64,000 nt of DNA from an uncultured Spirochaetota bacterium (GCA_963835575.1 CAWIGG010000004.1:960001-1024000); one strand, 5' to 3'. Shown: positions 18,549 to 29,263, counted from the stretch's first letter. Notes: generated by a model from the sequence alone, not told the origin. A program made the numbers and translations.

Positions 18549-20417
18549 ATGGGAATTTTAAAGGAAAAAAAGGAAAAACTCGGCATTAATACGCTGGATT
18601 ATGAAAATCAGAAAAAGCTCTATGATGATTTTATAGGCGCAGGCGGACAGGTTGTTGAATTAAAGGCAGGTCCTCAAAGAAAATTAAACGACCAGCTGGA
18701 AAAATGGATCCAGCTCAAGGAAGAAGAGCAGAAAAAACGTCTGTTGGAGGAACAGAGAAAAACTGAAGAGGAGCTGATGCGGCAGAAAGCCCTTGCGGAG
18801 CAGGAAAAGCTTCAGAAGCTTCTGGCTCAGCAGGCCGAAAGAGTAGAGAAAAAGGAAGAAATTATTATAGATAAGGCCCCGCCTAAAATAGTAAAAATTA
18901 AAGAACCGAACCCGACGCAGGATTTTTTCAGCCGGCTCGCGGCAAAAATTGTCTGTATGCTTTACGGGGTTATTCATTTTTTCGGCAATAATTTTAACCG
19001 CACATTCCTGGACATGACCCTTTTTGACCTCAAGAACGGTCTGATTGAATGCCAGCAGATCCTTGTCTCACTTCTCCATCAGGACAAGGCTTTTTCCATT
19101 GAAGAGAGAAGATTATTAAAGGAAAGCGGTTATCCTTTTTATTATGAATTGATTTACCGTTTTTATATGATATTTGAGGAAGAGATCTTCAACCTGATCA
19201 GGGAATTAAGGACTGCGGAAAATCCCCTTCAGAAGGGCAAGTATGTTTTTGTCAAACTTTTCAAAAAGATCCTTGTCCTCAGCCGCTACCATCCTTCCCT
19301 CTTCAATGCCTTTGAAAGGGCCCTGTCCATTGAAAAAAAACTCAGGCATCTCGCGGATAATGTAGTAGACTTAAATCTGAGAAAACTCTATCACTGTTAT
19401 CATTTTTTATTCTATAAATATTATTCGAAAATTCTGAACCTTGTGGATTTTTATTATAAAGATGAGCTTTTTATAGGCAGGAAAATGTCCTACAGCGAAT
19501 TTGTCGGCATTACAGAAGTGGATAATCTGGGCTATTATACAAAACTCTGGGAGGAGGAGGAAGCCAGGGAAAAGCAGAAGAAAGAACAGAAGGAAAAGAT
19601 AAAAGTCCAGGAGAAGGAAGAAGAAAAGACCGGGGAAAAAGAAGAAAAGGACGTGGAAATAGAGGAAGAAATGAAAAACCTGACCGATGAGGTCGCGATG
19701 GGCATCGGTTTGATCAGGGATAAGGTGAATTTTCAGGACATCATTCAATACTACGAAGAAATAAAAGACCCGCGGATGAGCCTTCCGGTTCAGGACAAGG
19801 CATTTCTCACCGGCACACTTCTGGAGTTTTTTGACAAGGAATTTTCCTTCCTTTTTATCGCTTCCAATGTTCAGTTTAATATTTTCTTCGACAGGGGCCA
19901 GAGGAAAGATATCAAAAGCGCTTTAAAGGACCTCTATTTTCATATTGATGATGTTTATAAGCGGCTTTATGAATATGTCAGGGTATTAAGCGGGATGGAA
20001 AAAGTAAAAGACGATTCGTTTATTCATTCCAAGGAAAAGTTTTCCAAACTTCAGCAGCTAAGCTTTCAGCGCAGTATGATATCCCGGGCTGTCCGGACGC
20101 AGACGCAGAACATCATCGGCGATTTCCAGAAAAACCTTCAGATTGTACTCGAGGATTATAAGAAAGAAAAGCATTATATCCAGAACCCTGATGAAATATT
20201 GAATTTTGACACGAGAGTGGCGGGCAAGAAAGTTTATCATAAGGAAACTGTTGTTGAAATATTCAAGAAAGCTTATGCTTTTTCTTCGGCTATATATTTC
20301 CTGCTCCATGACGGGGAGCTCGGCGGGGCTTATGTGACCCTCAAGAACCCCGTTTATTTACGCGGTATTGTCCCTCCGCCTGAGGAAGGCGGGTCTGACG
20401 ACCTGGAGGAAATGTAG
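18549..20417 (+). CDS. Hypothetical protein (helical, with charged coiled-coil stretches)
   Basis: 622-aa ORF with host-like composition; no motif recognised. Confidence 0.75.
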   Translation: MGILKEKKEKLGINTLDYENQKKLYDDFIGAGGQVVELKAGPQRKLNDQLEKWIQLKEEEQKKRLLEEQRKTEEELMRQKALAEQEKLQKLLAQQAERVEKKEEIIIDKAPPKIVKIKEPNPTQDFFSRLAAKIVCMLYGVIHFFGNNFNRTFLDMTLFDLKNGLIECQQILVSLLHQDKAFSIEERRLLKESGYPFYYELIYRFYMIFEEEIFNLIRELRTAENPLQKGKYVFVKLFKKILVLSRYHPSLFNAFERALSIEKKLRHLADNVVDLNLRKLYHCYHFLFYKYYSKILNLVDFYYKDELFIGRKMSYSEFVGITEVDNLGYYTKLWEEEEAREKQKKEQKEKIKVQEKEEEKTGEKEEKDVEIEEEMKNLTDEVAMGIGLIRDKVNFQDIIQYYEEIKDPRMSLPVQDKAFLTGTLLEFFDKEFSFLFIASNVQFNIFFDRGQRKDIKSALKDLYFHIDDVYKRLYEYVRVLSGMEKVKDDSFIHSKEKFSKLQQLSFQRSMISRAVRTQTQNIIGDFQKNLQIVLEDYKKEKHYIQNPDEILNFDTRVAGKKVYHKETVVEIFKKAYAFSSAIYFLLHDGELGGAYVTLKNPVYLRGIVPPPEEGGSDDLEEM

Positions 20418-20534
20418 AGTTTCCCGCTTTGAAAAAACCCGGCCGAGGGCTGATTAATTATAAATCTTTCCGGATATTTTATATTTCAAAGAGCAAAATC
20501 ATCTGCTTTAAGAGATGCTTAAAAGGCATATTTT

Positions 20535-23500
20535 ATGGTTTTCCGTATTATAAAAAAAATACAAGCGCAGACAGGCAGGAATAATTTCCTTTATCTTCTG
20601 GCATTACTGGGCGCTTTCTCTGCTTTCAATTGTGTTTTATTTCTTTTAATTTATTTTTTGCCTTTCTTTTTAATCCTTATTATCATTCTTTTTTTCGGGC
20701 TCCTGTTTTTTATTATAAGCAGAGCCCGGCGTGATAAAAAAAACCGCCGGGATTTGATGAAAGAACTGGAAAAAGAAATCTTCGGTAAAAGGACGCTTAT
20801 TATCGATTCGCTCTTTGAATTTGAAGAAAAGAAAATTGAAACGGGGACCACACTTGAATTATCGCGGGACCTTGAGAAAAATCCCGCATTCGGCAATTTT
20901 ATTCAAAAAAAGAAAAAAGAGCTGGCATGGAAAAGCCTCTTATATCTGATAATAATTTTAATTTCTGCCGGCGCGGTCTTTTTTATGTTCAGGCCGGTTT
21001 TTTTAAAAGGAAAGGAAATAACCCGGTTTATTTCGGATACGGCATCCCCCGGGCTGCCGGATTTTTACAGCGAGGGAAAAGAATTCGGCATTGACTTATC
21101 GCCGCTTTACCGGGCATATGACCATGTTAAATTGATTATTGATGAGAATGAGATAGAAGGAGAAAAAGGCGTATTTAAAATACATGAGGAATTTACAGGA
21201 AGGGGATCTTTTTCTCTTGTAATAAAAATTGAAAAGTTCGGCCTTGTTAAAACAATAATAAAAAAATCGCTCTACGCGGTATCCCGCCTGTTTCCACAGA
21301 AGGCCGCGGTGACGGTGATATATCCGGCCGGCTCAGGATTAAGCGCGGAAGAATACGCCGGCCTTCAGGACCTTGAGGTCTGGCAGGGGGCCGAAATAAA
21401 AATCAGCGGGGAAATGACAAAAGAACTGAGCGGCATTATTTTTTCCAATGGAATGGAAAGAGATCTTAAAATATCCGGCCGGAATTTCTCCTTCCGTTTT
21501 AAGCCGCTCCGGACCCGTTCTTATCATCTGGAGCTGAAATCCATAGACGGCGATAGCTTTGAGTTTCCGGATTTTACCATAAAAATCGTCCCGAATTCGC
21601 CGCCGGTCCTCAGGCTTTTATTCCCGCTGTCGGATATTGTCCTCAGTTATTACCCATGGAAAGTCCTTTCCATTATTGAAGGGGAAGATGATCAGGGTAT
21701 AAAGGAAATAACTGTTGAAATAATCATTACGAACAGGGATATCAATCTGTCGAAATATTCAAAAAAGATTATCAGCCGCCATCCTCAATCCGGCGGAAAA
21801 TATATCAAACAGAATTTTCCGTTTGACAGCGCTTCACTTGAGCTTCTTCCCAATGACGCGGCAAGCATAAAGTTCACTGCCTCGGATGTTTTCGGATCGA
21901 AATCCATGCCGGTCGGTTTCAATATCATTTCCCCGGATTTAATGGATTTAAAAAAGCGGTGGGACAATGAGGAAAAAAATATAGTTGATATGGTTGGAAA
22001 GATATCGAATCTTTATGAGAGTATGCAGAAGGATATAAATGAAAAAAACACTTCCCGGCTTGATCAAAAAGCCGGAGAAATAGAAAGCGGAGTTCAGAAA
22101 TTAAATGATTCGCTAACCCGTCTGGATAATTCCTCATTTACGAGCGAGGCAAAGGAAATGCAGGAAACCCTTAAGGAACTGCGGGATATTACCGGGCAGC
22201 TGGCGAAAAATTCCGAAGAGCTTAAAAAATGGGCTGATTTTATGCAAAATAAAGATGTGCAATATGAAAATAAGGATATCGGAAAATTGGGAATTAAGGA
22301 ATATCTCAAGCAGATTTCATCGCTGATGAAAAACCTCGAATATTACCAGAAGTACCGCGGCCTCCTGACGCAATTTCAGCTCGCGAAAAACACTTACGAG
22401 GCCTTGAAAAAAAGAGAAGAGAAGGAAAGCTTCAATGAATCCCTCAAATCCTACCGGAAAGAATTGACTGATCTGGGGAAAATGGGGAATGATACAACAG
22501 CCGCTTTAACCAGCCGTCTTGTTGAGGAATCAAAAAAATGGGATAAGAAAGAAGACCGCTCGTATGTTCAGTCCGACGCTTTGATGAAACAGCTGGAAAA
22601 CGAGATCAGGAATCAGATTACAGATGCCGGCAAAGAGCGGATCAGGGAAAAAATGGACCGCCTGCAGAAAGCGCTTCAGGAAATTTATATCACCGTGATT
22701 TTTATTGAAAGATCAAAAAAGCTGGATATGGGAACGAGCGGCAGTCCGGATATTGACCGGGTCAATACGGAAGTGGAAATAGTCACTTCCATCAATAATT
22801 CGGCGAAATACTTAAAAAGAGAACTGGACGGTATACTTGAGGGACTGGTCATTAAACCGGCTTCAATTTCCAATAAAAACGGCAATGATCCGGGAGAAGA
22901 GATGGTAAAGGAAATGGAGAATATTCAGGATGATATTTCCTCAATCCAGACATTTCTCAGGGATTATAAGATTGAAAATGTGAAATATATTCTGAACGAT
23001 CTTGAGAACGGCTATACATCGTTATTTCTTTCCCTGCTGAGGCTTAATTCCGCGCTGAACGGCGCCATGGAGAAAAAGCAGAACGGCGAAGCTCCTGATG
23101 CAATGATGACGCTGGAGATGGGGGACCTTCTGAAAATGCAGGCAATGGTCAGCGAAGGGCTGAAACAGCTCTCGGAACGGCTGGAAAGGGAAGGCAAACT
23201 TTCTTCCGAGGCGAAGCAGATGATGGACGAGCTCGGCCGGCTGCAGTCGGAAATCCTGAAAAACCTTCAAAAGCTTTTAAAGGAAGGACAGGGAGGCGCC
23301 TATTCCGGCGGGAATGACATGGCAAAGGATATGGAAGATATTATAAAAAACCTTCAAAGTTATTCCATTAAAAACGAAACCCTTGAAAAGAGCAAAAAAC
23401 TTGAGGAAAAGATGCTCTCCAATCAGAAATCTCTGCAGAACAAAGGAATAAGTCAGGAAAGAAAAGCGGAGACGGCAAAGACTTACACAGTCGTTCCCCC

Positions 23501-23615
23501 GGCGACAAACGCGGTCGAAACGCCGGAAAAGATCGACCTTGACAGCCTGCCGGATAAAAATATCAGCGACTATTACAAAAAGCTTCTGGAAAAGTATCAT
23601 AAAACAGCGCAGTAA
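20535..23615 (+). CDS. Large membrane protein with a long coiled-coil tail (DUF4175-like architecture)
   Basis: N-terminal TMs, beta-rich middle (PPVLRLLFP..EDDQGI..ASDVFG), coiled-coil C-half ending YYKKLLEKY. Confidence 0.65.
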   Translation: MVFRIIKKIQAQTGRNNFLYLLALLGAFSAFNCVLFLLIYFLPFFLILIIILFFGLLFFIISRARRDKKNRRDLMKELEKEIFGKRTLIIDSLFEFEEKKIETGTTLELSRDLEKNPAFGNFIQKKKKELAWKSLLYLIIILISAGAVFFMFRPVFLKGKEITRFISDTASPGLPDFYSEGKEFGIDLSPLYRAYDHVKLIIDENEIEGEKGVFKIHEEFTGRGSFSLVIKIEKFGLVKTIIKKSLYAVSRLFPQKAAVTVIYPAGSGLSAEEYAGLQDLEVWQGAEIKISGEMTKELSGIIFSNGMERDLKISGRNFSFRFKPLRTRSYHLELKSIDGDSFEFPDFTIKIVPNSPPVLRLLFPLSDIVLSYYPWKVLSIIEGEDDQGIKEITVEIIITNRDINLSKYSKKIISRHPQSGGKYIKQNFPFDSASLELLPNDAASIKFTASDVFGSKSMPVGFNIISPDLMDLKKRWDNEEKNIVDMVGKISNLYESMQKDINEKNTSRLDQKAGEIESGVQKLNDSLTRLDNSSFTSEAKEMQETLKELRDITGQLAKNSEELKKWADFMQNKDVQYENKDIGKLGIKEYLKQISSLMKNLEYYQKYRGLLTQFQLAKNTYEALKKREEKESFNESLKSYRKELTDLGKMGNDTTAALTSRLVEESKKWDKKEDRSYVQSDALMKQLENEIRNQITDAGKERIREKMDRLQKALQEIYITVIFIERSKKLDMGTSGSPDIDRVNTEVEIVTSINNSAKYLKRELDGILEGLVIKPASISNKNGNDPGEEMVKEMENIQDDISSIQTFLRDYKIENVKYILNDLENGYTSLFLSLLRLNSALNGAMEKKQNGEAPDAMMTLEMGDLLKMQAMVSEGLKQLSERLEREGKLSSEAKQMMDELGRLQSEILKNLQKLLKEGQGGAYSGGNDMAKDMEDIIKNLQSYSIKNETLEKSKKLEEKMLSNQKSLQNKGISQERKAETAKTYTVVPPATNAVETPEKIDLDSLPDKNISDYYKKLLEKYHKTAQ

Positions 23616-23690
23616 CCAGCTATTAGCTGCTGGCTGTAAGCGGTTAGCAGTTTAACAGCCGGAAGCTAATAGCTAAAAGCTAACGGCTAG
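23616..23690. repeat. Heptamer-period (TAGCTRN-like) inverted repeat cluster, G module
   Basis: AGCTATTAGCTGCTGGCTGTAAGCGGTTAGC followed by AGCCGGAAGCTAATAGCTAAAAGCTAACGGCTA. Confidence 0.7.
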
Positions 23691-23762
23691 AATCTATTTT
23701 CTTGCCATACAAGCCGCGGAAAGCTAAAATAAGATAACTCTTTAAATTTATAGGAAGGCACA

Positions 23763-24833
23763 ATGCCTGAAAATGGGAATTTAATCAGGGCCGGACTGGC
23801 CGGCTGCGGCGCCATTTCCCATGCTCATGCGAAGGCCGCGGGAAAGACCGGCGCTTTTAAAATCGTTTCATGCTGCGACGTGATAGAAAGTAAAGCGGCT
23901 GACTTCGCGAAGAAGTATAAATGCGCTTCATATTATACGGATTTAAAAACGATGCTGGAAAAAGAGAAACTGGACGCGGTCATCCTCTGCACCTGGCCTT
24001 CGCAGCACCTTGAGCAGATCGAAACCTGCCTTGGGCTGGGAATGAAAAACATACTCTGCGAAAAATCCCTGGCCATGACCGGAAAAGAAGCGTTATCCAT
24101 CTGGACAAGGATAAAAGAAGAAAAGGCTTTTTTAATGGAAGCCTGCATGAACCGTCACCATCCCGCGGTCCTTAAATTAAAAAGCATTGTTTCTTCCGGC
24201 AGAATCGGACCTGTCGACAGCGTCAGGGCGGTTTTCAGCAACTTTGAGCCCGGAGGGACTGATGGCGGAGACTGGCCCGCCCGAAACGGCGGGGGCGACT
24301 GGAGGTTGAAGAAAGAAGCCGGAGGCGGCATTCCTTACGACTGGATGAGCTATACAGTGAACGCATGCAATTATTTCAGCGGCGGATTGCCGGTGGAAGT
24401 ATATGCCTCCGGCAGCGTCAACAGAAAATACGGCGTGATTGACCGGGTATACGCGATGATTAAATATGATAACGGCTCTGTAGGATTTATTGAAAACAGC
24501 AAATACGCGCATTTCAGCGAGGAACTGCAGATCGCCTGCGCGAAAGGAAGATTGACCCTCCCCATAGCATGGGGTATTCTCGGATCTGTCAGGATCACTT
24601 TACAGAAGCGGATAAAAGAGGGATGGCCGTACATTGTAAAGAATAAATACAGGATCGGGAAAAACAATTCTTATGTTTTACAGTTGAGGAATTTTGCCGG
24701 GGTGATCAGGGGCCTTGAAAAGCCGGTGATGCCGCTGGACCAGTCTGTCGTCAATATCTATACGATTGAAGTCATTGTATCAAGCGTTCTGGAAAACAAG
24801 AGTGTTGAACTGAAAATCCCGCTATTGAGTTAA
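23763..24833 (+). CDS. Gfo/Idh/MocA family oxidoreductase
   Basis: GLAGCGAI, ILCEKSLA, GGGIPYD. Confidence 0.9.
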   Translation: MPENGNLIRAGLAGCGAISHAHAKAAGKTGAFKIVSCCDVIESKAADFAKKYKCASYYTDLKTMLEKEKLDAVILCTWPSQHLEQIETCLGLGMKNILCEKSLAMTGKEALSIWTRIKEEKAFLMEACMNRHHPAVLKLKSIVSSGRIGPVDSVRAVFSNFEPGGTDGGDWPARNGGGDWRLKKEAGGGIPYDWMSYTVNACNYFSGGLPVEVYASGSVNRKYGVIDRVYAMIKYDNGSVGFIENSKYAHFSEELQIACAKGRLTLPIAWGILGSVRITLQKRIKEGWPYIVKNKYRIGKNNSYVLQLRNFAGVIRGLEKPVMPLDQSVVNIYTIEVIVSSVLENKSVELKIPLLS

Positions 24834-24868
24834 GACAGTTCCAAAAATGTGAGTTTTTTAGAACTGCC
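24834..24868. repeat. GGCAGTTC..GAACTGCC palindrome, short form
   Basis: GACAGTTCCAAAAA-N-TTTTTAGAACTGCC immediately after the stop codon. Confidence 0.7.
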
Positions 24869-24930
24869 TTTAATACGGCGCTGTTGGTAATTTATAATGG
24901 ACCGATATTAGATATGTAAAGGTAATAAAA

Positions 24931-26790
24931 ATGCTGAAACGTATCAGGAAGCTGTTCAACAAATTATTGACAGGGAGAAAATTGGGTTATGATGATCTGG
25001 AATTAAACGCCCGGATAACGTTATTATATATCGTCTTTGCGGTAAGTCTTGCCGTATTGATACCCTACGCTGTTTATTCTTTGGTCAAGGGCTTTTTTAT
25101 TCTGGGCTATGTTGAACTGGCGACGGCAGCCGTCCTGATAATAAACTTTATTATATTAACAATAACAAAAAAATATCTCCTGTTCAGCCGGCTTGGTATT
25201 TTTATTATGGAAGCTCTTTTTCTGTATATTTTCATTACCGGCGGTATTTCCCAGATAGGGTACCAGTGGGTTTACACCTTTCCTCTTTTTGTCCTTTTTC
25301 TTCTGGGACCGGTTGAAGGTACTCTGGTTGTTTTATCCTTTTTACTATTGATCATCATTTATTTTATCATCGGTTTTCCTTCATCTTCATTGGAATATGG
25401 AATCTATTTTAAGGTCAATTTTATCGGTTCATTCCTTGCCGTTTATATCATCTCGAATTTTTTTGAATATCTCCGCGCGAAGACCTACAGGAAAATGCTG
25501 GATAAAAATGTTGAGCTTCAATACTCGGAACAGCGTCAGCGCGACATCACATTCAGCAGTTCCGACATTATATGGGAAGTCGATAAAAACATGAAATACA
25601 CTTTTGCCAGCGGCCGGACGCTGGATATCCTGGGTTATCATCCCGGGGAGCTTCTGGGCAAGACGCCTTTCGACCTGTGCGGCGGAGCTGAGGCGAGGAA
25701 GCTGAGGAACGTCTTTAAAAAAGCGACAACCGGGAGGAGCCGCGTGACAGAGCTTGCGCACTGGTGCCTTCATAAAAACGGTATGCCGGTATTCCTTCTG
25801 ACAAACGCCATTCAGATCATGGGAACCAGAAATAATATTACCGGTTACCGCGGGGTGGATAAGGACATAACCGAATGGAAGCAGACCGAGGAAGCCCTCC
25901 GGGAATCGGAATTTAATTTAAGAATGATCATCGACGCCGCGCCGTTCGGCGCGTTTGTCATTGAAGAGATGCCCGACGGGAGGCTGTTGATAGCCAATTT
26001 CAATAACGCGGCCGGGGTTTTGTTCCGGAAAGACATGAAGAAATTCAAAGACAGGGATATCGGGGAAATATTCCCGGGATTGAAGGAAACAAAATTTCTT
26101 GTTCAGATCCGGGAGCTTATCCGCAGGGGAAAAACCCTTTTAATAGATGATTTTCTCTATGAGGAAAACAGGGAAAAAAGGATTTTTGAGATCCATGGCT
26201 TGAAGATCGGCACGAATACCGCCGTATTTTTCTTTATAGATAACACGGAAAGGATTTTACGGGAAGAAACCATCCGGTTTCAGGCCGAACATGACAATTT
26301 GACCGGCCTGGCGAACCGGGTAGTTTTTATGAAGCGGATGCGGCTTAATCTGCATGAGGCGCGTTCTAAAAAGAATTTACTGGCCGTGCTCTATCTTGAC
26401 CTGGATGAGTTCAAGCAGGTTAATGATAATTACGGCCATGGCGCCGGCGATGAACTGCTCAAACTGGCCGCGGCAAGATTAAAAACAGGCTTGAGGGACA
26501 GCGACCTGGTCGGCCGCCTGGGCGGGGACGAGTTCGCGATAATTCTTCCGCTTATTAAAGACAAAAAATCCGTCAGGCAGATCGCTGAAAAAATACTGCA
26601 GGAATTTAATCACCCGTTCCATATTGACAGGCATAATATTCAGATCAGCACCAGCATCGGAATCAGTGTATATCCCGCCGACGGGAACGATCCGGAGGAA
26701 CTGCTCCAGAAATCCGATAAGGCCCTCTATCAGGCAAAATCCCTGGGGAAAAACATGTTTATTTTTTATGCGAAGGACATGGAGAAATAA
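24931..26790 (+). CDS. Membrane-bound PAS/PAS diguanylate cyclase
   Basis: About 5-6 TMs; PAS (DIIWEVD..LGYHPGELLGK..DITEWK); HDNLTGLANR, RDSD I-site, GGDEF. Confidence 0.92.
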   Translation: MLKRIRKLFNKLLTGRKLGYDDLELNARITLLYIVFAVSLAVLIPYAVYSLVKGFFILGYVELATAAVLIINFIILTITKKYLLFSRLGIFIMEALFLYIFITGGISQIGYQWVYTFPLFVLFLLGPVEGTLVVLSFLLLIIIYFIIGFPSSSLEYGIYFKVNFIGSFLAVYIISNFFEYLRAKTYRKMLDKNVELQYSEQRQRDITFSSSDIIWEVDKNMKYTFASGRTLDILGYHPGELLGKTPFDLCGGAEARKLRNVFKKATTGRSRVTELAHWCLHKNGMPVFLLTNAIQIMGTRNNITGYRGVDKDITEWKQTEEALRESEFNLRMIIDAAPFGAFVIEEMPDGRLLIANFNNAAGVLFRKDMKKFKDRDIGEIFPGLKETKFLVQIRELIRRGKTLLIDDFLYEENREKRIFEIHGLKIGTNTAVFFFIDNTERILREETIRFQAEHDNLTGLANRVVFMKRMRLNLHEARSKKNLLAVLYLDLDEFKQVNDNYGHGAGDELLKLAAARLKTGLRDSDLVGRLGGDEFAIILPLIKDKKSVRQIAEKILQEFNHPFHIDRHNIQISTSIGISVYPADGNDPEELLQKSDKALYQAKSLGKNMFIFYAKDMEK

Positions 26791-26900
26791 AAAATTGAAA
26801 TACCGGGCGATTCATGTCATACTGACGGCTAAAGGAAATGGATTATTTGTCGAAAGTTTTATTAATGTTATTCAGCGATGAACGAAGGTCATTAAAATAA

Positions 26901-26960
26901 GGGCAGTTCCAAAACCTATGTTGGAAATATCTGATTGATTTTGAGTTTTTGGAACTGCCC
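26901..26960. repeat. GGGCAGTTCCAAAA..TTTTGGAACTGCCC element, 60-bp form
   Basis: 14-bp perfect IR; near-identical to 30350-30409. Confidence 0.8.
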
Positions 26961-26984
26961 ATAATTAAAAAATTGAGTGGTTTT

Positions 26985-28061
26985 ATGAACAATCTGAATC
27001 AGGGAAACATCCTTCAAAAAGTCTATCTTTTTAAAAAAGACGGCATTGTCCAGCTGGAGGACAAAACCTTCCAGGGATTGGGCTATGAATTGATCAAAGG
27101 CCATGTGAAAGGCTTTTTTATTGAAAGCCACCATATGCTGGAGTCAAGAACACGGAGCGAAGTGATCGATTTGAACCAGCTGGTGATGTATAACGCACTC
27201 TATCTTAAGGTCAACCAGCAGCTTAAAAGCCTTCTCAGCGTGGACAATTACAATGTGTTCAAGGAAAATTACGGCAAGTTCGATATCAGGGACTTTGACA
27301 ATAAAAGGAAGGAATTTCTGGAAAACATCACCCAGCAGGTCATAGTGGCCGAGCTCTTTTCCCTTACCATCCGGGATATCTCCGATAATGAGCGCGCGCA
27401 GAAGGAGCGGAAGATCCAGGGGTTTGTCGACCAGATCTTCAGCCATATGGACAGCAGGGTCTTTGAGATCATCTATATGCAGGATGAAAGTTATCATATG
27501 GAATGGATCTCCTCGATCAGCGCCATTATTTCCAAATACTATTACCTTTCCGAGATCATTGAGGGAATGGGCATACCGCTTTTTGAGGTCATAGAAAACG
27601 CCCAGAAGGAAAACCAGAAGATCATTCTGAAAGAGATGTTCCCCGGCGAAGATGAAACGGCGCTGATCGGCCGGCTTGCGGACATTGAAACAAGAAACTC
27701 GGTTATCAATAAACTGGCCGAAAAAAATATTTTTATCCGCTGTGCCTGGTTTATTGACGAAAACTGGAGTTTTAACGGAAACGAAGCCACGGTCGTAAGG
27801 ATCGCCGTCACAAACAGGGGCCAGATGGACGATGAAATGAAGGAAAATGTCCGCAAAAAGACAAGCCTGTCCGTTGAGGACAAATCGCTGGATTATTTCT
27901 TCAGCAACTATTCAGAAAGAAGCCTTTCGGCCGGCATCGGCCTTCCGATGGTCAGTTTCCTTGTGGACGAATTCAAGCAGAAAGGCATAGAAGTCAAGTT
28001 TTCCCTGTCAAACGCCACCCAGAGGGACCATATTATCGCGGAAATGAGATTTGTGATATAA
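26985..28061 (+). CDS. Hypothetical protein with a divergent HATPase_c (GHKL)-like C-terminal half
   Basis: LFEVIENA (N box), RIAVTNRG (G1-like), SAGIGLPMV (G2-like); the track's TTG start lies inside a repeat, so ATG 26985 is preferred. Confidence 0.6.
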   Translation: MNNLNQGNILQKVYLFKKDGIVQLEDKTFQGLGYELIKGHVKGFFIESHHMLESRTRSEVIDLNQLVMYNALYLKVNQQLKSLLSVDNYNVFKENYGKFDIRDFDNKRKEFLENITQQVIVAELFSLTIRDISDNERAQKERKIQGFVDQIFSHMDSRVFEIIYMQDESYHMEWISSISAIISKYYYLSEIIEGMGIPLFEVIENAQKENQKIILKEMFPGEDETALIGRLADIETRNSVINKLAEKNIFIRCAWFIDENWSFNGNEATVVRIAVTNRGQMDDEMKENVRKKTSLSVEDKSLDYFFSNYSERSLSAGIGLPMVSFLVDEFKQKGIEVKFSLSNATQRDHIIAEMRFVI

Positions 28062-28065
28062 TGCG

Positions 28066-28420
28066 TTGTTCACTTTTCTTTTGGCACGTCCCAAAAGAAA
28101 AGTGAACCGATCCCTCACCAGATGTACATATAATTTTCTACCTCGCGATGACTTTCGTGCACATCTGGTGAGGGACGAGGCCATTTTCATACGAAGCTGT
28201 CGGATCGTATGGATGTGTGTTATCCGGCATTTAGAATTTCATCCCTTGTAGTAATAGCCTCCTTATATCGCTGTCCATAGCTTTATGCGTCGGTTTTGAC
28301 ATCCGTGTCAAAAGTATGTGCCTCTCTTCTATTATTATAATAACGGATAATACAACTTGATATTGAGTTATTTGATTTTCCGATTATGGTTAAGAGGAAA
28401 ATGGCCTCGGGAACGGGGTA
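28066..28420. repeat. Structured palindromic element (MITE/REPIN-like), copy 1
   Basis: Core bounded by CGAGGCCATTTTC (28176) and GAAAATGGCCTCG (ending 28409); inner GTGTTATCCG/CGGATAATAC and TTTTGACATCCGTGTCAAAA; extra hairpins 28068-28107 and 28111-28175; inverted copy at 53521-53830. Confidence 0.85.
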
Positions 28421-28421
28421 C

Positions 28422-28482
28422 AATTAGCTTTTAGCTTCTGGCTGTCAGCTGGCTAACCGCTAACAGCCAATGGCTAACTGCT
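28422..28482. repeat. G-module heptamer repeats
   Basis: TTAGCTTTTAGCTTCTGGCTGTCAGCT..GCTAACCGCTAACAGCCAATGGCTAACTGCTA. Confidence 0.7.
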
Positions 28483-29200
28483 ATTTCTTTGCATTCGTTA
28501 CTGAAGATATATTCGTACCTTCCGACTTTACTGAATTCGTTTCCGGCCAATTATAAAGGAAATTTATTTTACTGATGCACAGGTCGTTATATTTACTGCC
28601 TTTATATACTGATTTGATTTTAAAAACTATTGTATATTTACTAATGTCTTCAACATATTTATCAAACCTATTTTCCTTATGTTCTTTATCTAAATCAGTC
28701 TTGAAATAAAATGAATTATTCAAGTTATAATCATCCTTCAATTGTATATTGTTTGATTCAATAAGAAACAAACCCAATATAACTTCGCCTATGTCTTGTC
28801 TAACATCATAAATGATTTTATACAAATATAAGTCAATATCCTTCACTCGATTATTTAAATCATATAATTGTTTATTCCTATGAAATCCATTAATTATTTT
28901 TATACCTTTAACCCATTTTTCATTAGAAAAAGGATCAGGACGGTCAAACATAATCATTATTTCTTCACCAACACCGCCATTCTTCCTTGTAGCCCAGGGT
29001 AAATCCGTTTGATCATTTATAAGGTTTTTATCATAAAAAATAATATCGTTCTCCACTAATTCTGAAGTTGAAGTAATATAAATTTTACTGCCCGATTTAA
29101 GAAATAAATCTTTAACCCGTTTTTCATTAAAATATATTTTATCTTTACCAAATGCCCATGCATTCATTAGAATAAACAGGATAATTATAATCCGCTTCAT
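28481..29200 (-). CDS. Secreted protein with NADase-type/F5-8-like glycan-binding domain
   Basis: Signal peptide; W..GVGEEI..IINGF..NNRVK..IKSVYKGSKYNDLCISKINF; very AT-rich. Confidence 0.7.
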   Translation of the reverse strand: MKRIIIILFILMNAWAFGKDKIYFNEKRVKDLFLKSGSKIYITSTSELVENDIIFYDKNLINDQTDLPWATRKNGGVGEEIMIMFDRPDPFSNEKWVKGIKIINGFHRNKQLYDLNNRVKDIDLYLYKIIYDVRQDIGEVILGLFLIESNNIQLKDDYNLNNSFYFKTDLDKEHKENRFDKYVEDISKYTIVFKIKSVYKGSKYNDLCISKINFLYNWPETNSVKSEGTNISSVTNAKK

Positions 29201-29263
29201 ATATTTAACCTCTTTCTAAATAAATTAGTAAACAATACATCCCCATAATATTACCTCAAAATT

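Noticed and set aside
26949..26984. TTG start for the 370-aa ORF
   Set aside because: Lies within the GGAACTGCCC palindrome; ATG 26985 is more plausible.
28008..28251. Short ORFs at 28008-28251 and the similar peptide at 53692-54048
   Set aside because: The similarity comes from the non-coding palindromic repeat; no RBS or protein-like features.
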